Assembly: GCA_035084275.1 (NCBI GenBank)
Contig: CM068747.1
Coordinates: 25,482,001 to 25,546,000, forward strand
DNA length: 64,000 bases
DNA from: Hydrolagus colliei
Lineage: Eukaryota
Direction of reading: 5' to 3'
Below the pieces are notes generated by a model. It did no database searches and was not told the origin of the DNA. It saw only the letters and a program-made list of their open reading frames with translations. Shown in pieces: positions 36,034 to 46,404 of the stretch (position 1 is the stretch's first letter; the number at the start of each line of letters is the position of its first letter). The translations under genes and the position numbers were made by a program.

Positions 36034-36234
36034 AATGACCAGGTAGTACAAAGCATCCAAGGCGAAAATGGAGAATTCACCTGCCCCCTATGTAGACAGT
36101 TTGCAAACAGTGTTCTGCCATGCTACCCTGAAAAAAGTGAGGAAAAAAGTAGGTGGTCACCTTACAACAGCAAGAGCCTCCAAACACTGGTCAAGGAAGT
36201 GGAGGACCAGCAAGAACAGATGGGAATGTACCCA
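36034..36234 (+). CDS. UBR3: UBR3 exon with RING end (NDQVVQ...GEFTCPLCRQFANSVLP...GMYP)
   Basis: tttcag| ... CCA|gtaagc; phase 0-0. Confidence 0.96.
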
Positions 36235-36410
36235 GTAAGCATCAGTGTAAGGCTAAGCAATCATTTGAATCTAAAATTGAAGTTCTTTTACGACGCTGTT
36301 TTGATTTTTGTGCTGTTAACCTCATTTAACACTTTCATTTGTTGTTAGTAGAATTAATGGTGAATTTTGTAATGGTGAATCAATTTGCGACCTTTTTATT
36401 TCAAAAAGTG

Positions 36411-36655
36411 ACAACAACAGCAGCAAAGTTACATTTGTAGAGCGCCTTTTACGTCCCAAGGTGCTGAACAGTCAGGTCGGGACCCAAGCAAGGGAGAGGG
36501 GCAGGGCAGGTGGGAGGGAGAGAGTTGGGAGGGTAGCAGAAGGCACAATTGAAGAGGAGGAGGGTGGTAGGGGGTTAGGAGATCGCAGAGGTAGGGTGGT
36601 GCAAGGCCATGGGAGGGCTTTGAAGGTGAGGAGCAGGGTCTTGAATCCTCTTGAG
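36411..36655 (-). mobile_element. L2-like LINE 3' fragment
   Basis: Tail plus reverse complement of gattcaagaccctgctcctcaccttcaaagccctccatggcc. Confidence 0.7.
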
Positions 36656-36794
36656 TGATTCTTTGCGTAAGTGGGGTATAGATTGATTCACCTTTGGGGT
36701 TTTAATAAATTGGTTTTACAATTGGTAATTGAATAATGTTTGATTATTCTCTCTGTAATATAAAACAAAAACTTTTGTATTTGCTTTTAATTAG

Positions 36795-36931
36795 CCAGTA
36801 ACAAATCTGAGCAAGGAGATGGAATCTGTGATGAAAGACATAAAGAATACAACACAAAAGAAATACATAGATTATGGGAAAACACCTGGTTCACCTGACA
36901 ATGACTTTCTCTTCATGTATTCAGTAGCTAG
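36795..36931 (+). CDS. UBR3: UBR3 exon (PVTNLSKEMESVMKDIKNTTQKKY...FMYSVAR)
   Basis: aattag| ... AG|gtatgt; phase 0-2. Confidence 0.93.
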
Positions 36932-37048
36932 GTATGTACATCTTATTTTTAAATCTATTTTGCCCTCTAAAATTTAGATACGAAGGCCGATGAACTTCAA
37001 CTGATATTAAATGTTGGGAAAGAGCTATTCTGTGATTTTAATAAAATA

Positions 37049-37741
37049 CAGTAAAAGCCCATTTATCCGGCACCCACAGGACCTGGCCAATGCTGGTTAA
37101 AGCGCCTGCCGGATATTCGGGCGGCCTGCGGCCGAAAACCCACAACAAAAAAATTAACATTCTTTTAACACACACTAGACTAAATAATAACAGATAATAA
37201 CAGAATATTGTATTGGTACTCATTGTTAAAACTACTCTATTGCGCTTCTCACCTTTACTGATTGAGGTTTACAGTCCAGCGATGCTTTTTTAAATGGAGG
37301 ACGCCAAGCGGGTGAAAAAAATGGCAGCGCGATTTTAAAGTTACTTTACTAGCGGCAAGCAGATAGCCCTAGATTCTACTAGCGGCAAACCAAAATACTG
37401 CACCTGCGCGACAGTATAGGTTATCGGCTAGCGTTTATCGGCTTGCCGCTAGTGAGGCTTTAAAATTGTGCTGCATTTTAAAAAGAATCGCTGGACTATA
37501 AATCTCAACCGCAGCATCATGGCTGCGCAGTATCTACCAGTAAAGGTGAGAAGTGCAAGAGAGTAGTTTAACAATAAGTACCAATACAATATTGTTATTA
37601 TGTTATTATTTATGCATTTACAAATGCTCCACTGCTATTGTTCCGGATAAGTTCCGGTTTATCGAATGGGCACTTGTTTTTGGCGTGCCAGTTATACGGA
37701 AATGCCGGTGCATTGAGTCACGGATAAACAGGCTTCTGCTG
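37049..37741. mobile_element. MITE family A, long palindromic form
   Basis: TA-CAGTAAAAGCCCATTTATCC ... GGATAAACAGGCTTCTGCTG-TA. Confidence 0.85.
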
Positions 37742-38012
37742 TATATAGACAGGGCAGTTTGGCTGCATAGGTTACAATTGTACTTCTAGAAAAACTTCAG
37801 TTTAATACAAAGTTGGTAGATGTTGGTGTACTGTTTTGGTATACTTTAGTATAATCAGGTATGCTATTTAAACCTGTCTGTTTTGTCTGTGCATGGTTTT
37901 TTTTCTTGTCTACTTTTAACTAACTGCCAAGCCTTACATTTTTTCATTTACTTTTTGCTTCTCCTCCTGTCTTCATCTCTTGCACTTTATTTGTTTCATT
38001 CTCTGTGTGAAG

Positions 38013-38024
38013 CTATACATCTCT
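38013..38024 (+). CDS. UBR3: Candidate 12-nt microexon (changes R to SYTSL)
   Basis: ACTAAC at 37919-37924, ~80-nt AG-free pyrimidine tract, gtgaag|ctatacatctct|gtaagt; phase 2-2; no stop. Confidence 0.6.
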
Positions 38025-39944
38025 GTAAGTAAGATGATCAGTCATTGGGGGTCAATAGTTAGATTCAGCTTTGCAGTATGCGTTCTTAATGGTGACTGCT
38101 GTGAATTTCTAACCAGGAAAATAAGTGGTTTGAAATTTTTTGTCTGTCTGGCTGGATGACAGTTTTGCGGTGTGTCAGAGATTTGCCATCTCTGCAGCTG
38201 ATAAAGAAATACAAGACCTTTTGTAATGAACAGTATTTAAAGAGTTGACCTTTCTGGAGGCCTTCAACCAAAGTGCGGACTGACCTTTGTTGTATCATGA
38301 TGTAAGCTTGGGAATGTTCTGTTACTGCTGTGTTCATAGGCAAATGCAGGGATATCTGTAATAATCTTACATTAGATAGTATCATTTTGTCAGTGCCTCA
38401 AAGTGCAAGATGTCCTTGACGTCAGCTGCTGTGTAGGATGCACGAAACTGTCAGGTCTGTGGATCAAAGCCAAAGACACCTTTATAAGGAGGATGGATTC
38501 CAGTGTATTTCACCAGATATTTTGTGTTTTTAATTAGAACGGCACAGTCAAAAACATTAGCTCTTTTGTTCCTTTTGCTTTGTGACTGCGATGAGTGCAT
38601 TTGATTTGAACAATAGCGACAAGTCACAATATATCTTGATGCGGTCTGAAAGTGTTTCTAAATCACTGTTTGGCAGGGAATCAAAGAAAAATAAACTATT
38701 GCTCCCTGTCTTTTGTTAAATTTCATCTGCCACTTGTCTTGACGATTTGTTAGTCTGCTAAACGTTCCCCCGAAGCCTTGTAGAACCATTCTCAGAATTT
38801 GTTCACAGTCTTACCCAATTTAGTATCATTAGCAAACCTGGGCACAACCTTTCCTATGTCTGTCATTAATCTTTAGAGTAATAAGGAATGTAAGCTTTTC
38901 ACCTGGACCAAATTAGCGATACAGTATCTGGAAGAAACAGATGAGACTATTTTATTATTCACAAAAAGTTTAATTCTAAATGTAAATCTTTCACATTCAT
39001 TTGTTTTCAGGTGACGCACAATCTCTTAAAACATTCCTGTGTTTTAATAGTTAGATTTATATTTTAAAAATGTATGTCAATTTGTTTTCAAATGAATTTG
39101 ATCAGTTCCCTGAGTACTCCACAACTTTCAGTCAAATGTTCTTACATATATTTTACTATCGATGTATTCCTCCGCTCCCATCTCGCCCCCCACTCCCCCC
39201 CAAAAACAAAAGTTTAACAGTGGTCCCAGTAAGGTTTAAGTCGATTTAGTTTCCGAAAGACTTTGCTTTTAGGTTACCTTGTTGCTCGATTGGACTTGAT
39301 AGATGAACAGAACACGTGCACTGACACAAGCGTTTAAATTAAACACATTGCCCTCATTTGTATTCCCCTGGTGAACTGAACCATCTTGTTTGACTCTAAC
39401 TATCGGGCCCACTGGTCTGAAAGCCCGGTTCCTGCTCTCTCACTGGTAGTTTTTCAGAAGTTCAGTGAACATCACAAATCGCCTGAAGAGTGGAAAATTC
39501 CCCTGTCACACAAAAGCTCTTATCAGCAGCAAACAGATGGAGACCTAAGCAGAAAATTATCAATATTAAATTGCTTTTTTTTTTCTGAGGAACAGCGGAT
39601 TAAGACTTCATTTCAGACATGGTTTAAGCTGCTAACTTAGGGATAGTGTCCCGAAATAGTTTGGGTTTTTTAAATCATTTGACACCAAATTAAAAATAGT
39701 ATTGGGAAGAAATAATTTAGTCAAGTGCATCATCCTTTTACTAAACTATTATTTATCAAACCAGAAGCAAATTCAACCAATGCAAATAGCATTGTTTTAT
39801 TTCAATTATTTAATTTTGGAAGATTTTTATTTTTTAAAAAGTTCTAGTGCATTATTAATGTGTTTTTAAATTTCAACCTGGAGTGTAAAAGCGGTGCAAT
39901 AAATGTAATTGTAACTTCATGTTACATTTTAATTTCTGCTTCAG

Positions 39945-40030
39945 GGTGAATTTGGAGCTGGAATTGGTTCATCGAGGAGGGAACCTGTGTTCTGGAGTAA
40001 CAAGCACTACCTTGAAAAGATCCTGTTTAA
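39945..40030 (+). CDS. UBR3: UBR3 exon (VNLELELVHRGGNLCSGVTSTTLKRSCL)
   Basis: cttcag| ... A|gtaagt; phase 2-1. Confidence 0.95.
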
Positions 40031-42313
40031 GTAAGTACAGCATGAGTCATTTCAGTGCAAGTCATTTATTTGATCAGCAGCCATCCAGCGAATCCACAAG
40101 TACGTAACTAATGTATAGTGAATGATCATTTGAATTTGTCCTTTTGTTCCATAGCCTTTTTGTGACTGAATCATTGAGAGTTTAGAATCCGTATTTCTTC
40201 TCACTTCAGCAGCAAGTGTCTAACCACATGGTGCAATATAAACTTCCTTTTCGTAGGCTAGGATTTGTACCCAATGAGATACAAGACGGGTGTTCATTAG
40301 CATGCTTCAATCTCAGCCATTTCTGGTGAGGTGTGAGTAAGTATATATATATATATATAAATGTTTATCATTTGCCTCCAGTCTTGCGTTTGTTTAGGCA
40401 ACATTACGGAAGAGGGTTGTCATTGGAGCTGAGGAAATTGGTTGCATTTTGAAAATGGAGGGTTGTTGTTGTGTGTGTGTGTGTATACACAAATAGCTAG
40501 CTGCATCATGCCTATGCAGCCAAAATAGATATACTACACCTGACTGACCTCAGACTCTACAATCTACCCTTGGGCGTTATTTTCCACAGTGCGTTATAGT
40601 TTTTATATATACTGTATTTAAAAAACATTGTAGTGTATTACTATGTTTTTAATTTTGACCTGGAGTGTAAAAGCAATGGAATAAACTTAATAGTAGAAAC
40701 ATAGTGTTTTTACATCACATTTTACTGACATTGGATAATAGTTATTTTTAAAAACAAATCTGTGCAGAGTTCATTTTTTTGTCACTTTGTAAACCATATC
40801 CATGCAATAGTTCCCAGTTATCTGCATTTAGATAAGGATTCATGTTCAATAGTTTTGAACAGTTAATTTATTTAATTTACCATTGCTGGTAAAATTCTCA
40901 AGCTATCCCTTGATAGCTGAAATGATGTCTGAAAATTTAAGACACATGGCAAAACTGGTTTAATAAAATTAGTGATTACTACTAAATAGAATCTTAAATT
41001 AGTCTATATAGGCTTCTATTATTCACTTATTTTAATGCTCCTTTGTTACATTCATGTATGTAAAATAAGGTACAGTTTTAGAAGTTTTCATTATTTTTTT
41101 CCCCCATCTGAAGATTTATTTCTAAAATGTTGCTGCTTTGAGATCTTTGCAGCACGTTTTGCGGATTGTTTGAAAGCCAGGAGATTTTGACATCCCTTTG
41201 TTCAGATGAAGTAAATGCCTTTGTGTAGTAGAAGAAGCATATTTTTCAAAACGATCTGGTTTTAACCCCTGCGTATCAAACACCTGGATTGGATAATGTA
41301 GAAAGTGGATCGGAAAATGTATGAAAGCCTTTCTTAGTTTGGATTATGTTAGCCTGATTAGTTTTAGTGTGAACATTGTACTCATCTTTAAAAGGCTGAA
41401 CCCAATTGTGATTAACTGCTGGACATTAATACTGCCTGCCAAGTGTATCATTTGTTCTCCATTGCTAATTTGGCTTGCATCAGTGGTCAGATCTAAGGTC
41501 CTCTTAGGTTATGTGTAAGTATACATTCTAGATTAAGCAAATATTTATATTTTCTTGCTTTTTTTAAAAAAAAGAAAGATTGTGAGGGTGGAACAAAGCA
41601 CGCTGCGGCCTAAACAAGATGCTCTAAATTCATTCTGATATTTCAGTCACATTTGAATTTGTTCTTAATCAGGTTGTTAACACTGACCTCCTGTACTGGT
41701 GAGATAGTAGACATTTTATACAGAAAACGTTTCATTAGATTTTCTACTTGTCTAGTAGCTATTGATGCTCTTAAAATTGGATGGCTTTTCGGTGATTAAG
41801 TGTTGCTTGACACATTGTACTTACAGTAAAATTTGTTGATTAGATACTGTAGAAATTGAGAAAATGCTGTCCTTGGTGAGTTGTTACAGCTGAGAATATC
41901 AAAGGAGAAAATGGGAACAAATAGGTCAGGTGCTGTTTGAGTAGATTGCATTGTGAGGAACCGATTCTCTTGGGAACTGGAAATTAGTAATGATTGATGT
42001 AACTGTCTGTGATGCTGACGGAGACTGTATGACGGAAATGGTTGCGTCGAGGACCATAATGTGAACGCAGTGATCGAGAAACTGTAGACAGTCATACAGC
42101 AGTGAAAGGCAGACTCTGTGTGTGTGACATGTTTGCTGAATGTGACATTTCATATTGGACTTAGGTGTTCGCTGAGTCGTCATTGACAAATCTGTATCAG
42201 AATTTCAAACAGGCTTTGCAATAAACCCTTTTAATACTGAATGGATTTTGCGCCAACAAAAGCATATTGTAATTTGCTGCCTATATTCTACAGAAAAAAA
42301 ATACATCAAGTTA

Positions 42314-42534
42314 CAGTAAAAGCCCGTTTATCTGGCACCCTCGGGACCTGGCCAATGCCGATTAAAGCGCGTGCCGGATATTCGGCCGAAAACTAAATAA
42401 ATAAATAAATAAATTTTCTTCAATGCATATTTCCAGATAAATTCCGGTTAATTGAATGCGGACTTTTTTTTTTTGCAATGCCGGTTATACGGAAGTTACG
42501 GTTGATCGGGTGCCGGATAAACAGGCTTTTACTG
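42314..42534. mobile_element. MITE family A, short form
   Basis: TA-CAGTAAAAGCCCGTTTATC ... GATAAACAGGCTTTTACTG-TA. Confidence 0.88.
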
Positions 42535-43149
42535 TATATAGATTCAAATCACATTGGCATACATGAAATATTGTCTGAATAAATCTACAAATAGAATTTT
42601 CACGTCTTTAAATAGTTTTGCTTTGGTACAACTGTCAACTGCAATTCTTCGAAAACTACAGTATCAGTAGTCTACAACAACAACAACTTGGATTTATATA
42701 GCGCTCTCCATGCCGGACGGCGTCTTAGAGCGCTTCGAGCCTCGCCATTGAGGTCATGAAGATCAGTGTAGTACAGCAGCTTTGTGCAAATCCTATTTGT
42801 ACGTTGAAAAGATGTGATTGTGATAAAACACCAACTTAATTACATTTGTATAGTAGGGAACGGCGATATGGGAATTTTCCGGATATGGATATATCGATTG
42901 GCTCGTATCGAGATATACCGAAATACCGATATTTTCAGTTTTTTCGTTGCGCACGCGCATCGGAGTGCGCGCGCATTCCGGGTGCGCACGCATTCGGGGC
43001 CTATCTTCTCAGGAGGTAAATATATTTCTCTCTCTGTGTCTCTCACTCTCTCCATCTCTGTGTTTTTCTGTCTGTGTCTCTCTATGTCTCTCTCCCTCTC
43101 TCCTCTCTCACATCCCCCCCATCTCTATCTATCTGTATATTATCACATC

Positions 43150-44088
43150 CACCCCGTCTCTCCCCCCCCCCCCCCCCCCCGCCATCCCTCTCTCGCACCC
43201 CCCACCCCCGTCGTCTCTCTCCCCCACCCCCCCCCCAGCCGTCTCTCTCTCCCTCCCCCCCCAGCCGTCTCTCTCCCCCTCCCCCAAGCCGTCTCTCTCC
43301 CCCTCTCCTCCGTCTCTCTCTCCCTCCCCCCCCAGCCGTCTCTCTCCCGCTCCCCCCAGCCGTCTCTCTCCCCCTCTCCTCCGCCCCCCCCCCCCCAGCC
43401 GTCTCTCTCCCCCTCTCCCCCCCCCCCCCCAGCCGTCTCTCTCCCGCTCCCCCCCCAGCCGTCTCTCTCCCGCTCCCCCCAGCCGTCTCTCTCCCCCTCT
43501 CCTCCGCCCCCCCCCCCAGCCGTCTCTCTCCCCCTCTCCCCCCCCCCAGCCATCTCTCTCCCCCTCTCCCCCCCATCCATCTCCCTCTCCCTCTCCCCCC
43601 CAGCCATCTCTCTCCCCCTCTCCCCCCCAGCCGTCTCTCTCCCCCTCTCCTCCTCCCCCCAGCCGTCTCTCTCCCCCTCTCCTCCCCCCCCCAGCCTCTC
43701 TCCCCCTCTCCTCCTCCCCCCAGCCGTCTCTCTCCCCCTCTCCCCCCCCAGCCGTCTCTCTCCCCCTCTCCCCCCCCCAGCCGTCTTTCTCCCCCTCTCC
43801 CCCCCAGCCGTCTCTCTCCCCCCCAGCCGTCTCTCTCCCCCTCCCCCCAGCCGTCTCTCTCCCCCTCTCCTCCGCCCCCCCCCCCAGCCGTCTCTCTCCC
43901 CCTCTCCCCCCCCCCCAGCCGTCTCTCTCCCCCTCTCCCCCCCATCCATCTCCCTCCCCCTCTCCCCCCCAGCCATCTCTCTCCCCCTCTCCCCCCCAGC
44001 CGTCTCTCTCCCCCTCACCCCCCCCCCCCCAGCAGTCTCTTTCCCCCTCACCCCCCCCACCAACAGCCGTCTCTCTCCCCCCACCCCT
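43150..44088. repeat. C-rich minisatellite, unit approx. CAGCCGTCTCTCTCCCCCTCTCCCCCC
   Basis: Dozens of tandem variant units, directly visible. Confidence 0.95.
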
Positions 44089-44152
44089 TGCATACCTGTA
44101 TATTGTATTCGAGGACTATGAATACAAGATGGCGGCTTTGCACCTCGGTCTG

Positions 44153-46404
44153 CAGGGCCGTACGCAGGATTTTTTTTGGGGGGGTGCGAATTGCTAGTGA
44201 AGGGACCAACAATGGCCGGGGGCTTGCGGGCTGCCCCCGAAGCCCCCTCGAGACTCCGACGTTTTACACAGTTTGAGGTCTTATTTAATCGGTTCAGAAG
44301 ATCCAATATGAACGGTAAATGTTTCATGCCCTTGGTGTTTAAGAGCATCATTATTTATTCAGTGTTTTTATTTTCCCCGGTAGTCCGTGTCTAAATGGGA
44401 AGGTCGAATGTGTTCGCCGATAAAAGCCAACACGATTGTTGACTCGATGATGTAAGGAATGCGAACGATAAAGTAAATTACAATCCAATTAACACAGTAC
44501 AATGACGAATGCTTGATAAATGTATGCGTATAGAGAAAATGATCATAAACTACAGATTGACGGTAATTAATAAGTTGTTCTGCATTGTTATCCTAAGACT
44601 CAATTTCTTTCGGACTGTAATGAACAATAATGTAAGAGTAAAGTATGAATTATGTGCTCAGATATTCCAGCAAAGCAAATTTTATAAAAGACAAGAAAAT
44701 ATACAGAAACTGAAAATCAGTGTCAAACAGTTAATTCACACGTGTTACAAGCCTGTTATCAGCATTATCCTGAAAATATCGTTGAACTGTGAGCAATAGT
44801 GTAGTTAGTTTTTATTTATTTATTTAGAATCAAAATGAAAGGCAGTGACCCATCAAGCAATACTGACCTGACGAAAAAATACTTGAAAAAATAAGGGAGG
44901 GGAAATTAATTCTTTAATAGCGTTCGGTATTCGAGACGCCTCGGTCGCTTTGAAGCCAATATGTCAACCGCTCTACCAATATCGATTTCCATATTATAAT
45001 GAATGTGCATTAACGCGAGGGCTGAAAGTCGCTCCTATACGGAGCAGAATGCTGGACACTTAGGCAAACCTCGACCAGGAGATTAGGTGACTCGTGAGGT
45101 ATATACCAGGCTTCTAAGAGACGCCCTGAACGTTTACTGGCGACAGCATCTGACAAATAGCTATATGGTACACCACCACACTGGTATCACAGACATTACT
45201 GCAGAGGCGTCTTAGGTTTAGCGGACATAGCTGGAGAAGCCGGGAGGAAACTGTCCATAGTCCTACTGTCCTATGGGAACCATTGCACGGTCACAGAACA
45301 CGAGGTAGACCGACCCTAACCTACATCGATACTCTGGAGCGCGATTGGGGTATTGGCAGGCGGGAGTGTTCAGGCTGCATGGAGAGAAGGGATCAGTGGA
45401 GAAGTGTGGTTGTCAATGCCCGAGTTCGCTCGATCGGATGACGGTGAAACTATTTTTATGCCAAATTCGTGCGACATTGATGTTTTTTCACTCTGGGTAC
45501 AAAACTGAATGTGAAATAATGTAGCACTGTTTATCTTTGCGGTAATTTTTTTTTGCATGCCAGTGGACGTCTCTAAAGGCAATTTTTAATTAGAGGAATA
45601 CATCTTTAATAATGTAAATCAAATGTGATAATCAAGACAAAACAAGAAACATGATATTTCAGAAACACGCCTATCAAAACTTAAGTCATTTTTACTTACA
45701 TTTATCAGATTAAAATACGATTTCAGCTTCCACAAAGTGGTGCTACCTTTTTATGTAGTGACTGTATACGGGATGATTTCCGATTGACACACCACGTGGA
45801 ATAGGCGCTAAAGCCTAGGCCTACGTCCATGAGTATTTTTTTAAAAGATAGGCATTCCCGTCCAGACACATATAACTTTTTTGTTGGGTTCTCAAAAGCT
45901 TTAATTTCTAAGAAGCTTGTACATATGTTGTCATTGTTTGCTAGCATTACAGTCACACCTCTCAACACTTGAGTCATTTTTACTTACGGTGATCAGATGA
46001 AAAGATGATTTTAACTCCAGAATTGGTGCTGTCCCTTGTGGCTGTTTCCGGGATGATTTCCAAACGAGGATGGGTTTGAGTCTTGGCGCGCGCCTATGTT
46101 TATCCAATCACGAGTCACAGACTCGCCGCGTCATGGACTGGTCTATCGACGCGGTATGTTTTGGGTAGACGCCGATTCTGGTGTGCGACTCGATAATTTT
46201 ATATTAATACTAAATCATTCAAAGATGTGTGTTTATAATTTATACATAGTTTTGAAGAACTGATTGTTGCACAAATGTTCAATAAATTTACTTGGTATTT
46301 AAATTTGATAAAAAAATGCAATTCTCTACCCCGGAAAATGTGGACCTTTTATAATTTGGGGGGGTGCGTACGCACCCGTCGCACCCCCCCTGCGTACGGC
46401 CTTG
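44153..46404. mobile_element. Nested TIR DNA element
   Basis: CAGGGCCGTACGCAGG ... CCTGCGTACGGCCTTG (15/16); GTCTG on both sides. Confidence 0.8.
45020..45441 (+). mobile_element. RTE/RTE-X-like LINE ORF2 C-terminal remnant (frameshifted)
   Basis: Translated pieces LLYGAECWTL, YTRLLRDALNVYWRQHLTN, RRLRFSGHSWR, VLWEPLHGHRTRGRPTLTYIDTL. Confidence 0.75.

Noticed and set aside
36791-36798. Tandem acceptor tagCCAG
   Set aside because: The AGs are 4 nt apart, so the distal site frameshifts; the proximal site fits homology.
43150-44088. CRISPR-like array
   Set aside because: Eukaryotic intron; the units are tandem with no unique spacers.
42814-44351. Overlapping 287-435 aa Pro/Ser-rich or Gly/Arg/Glu-rich ORFs on both strands
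   Set aside because: They arise from a stop-free C-rich minisatellite inside a transposon; there is no gene structure.
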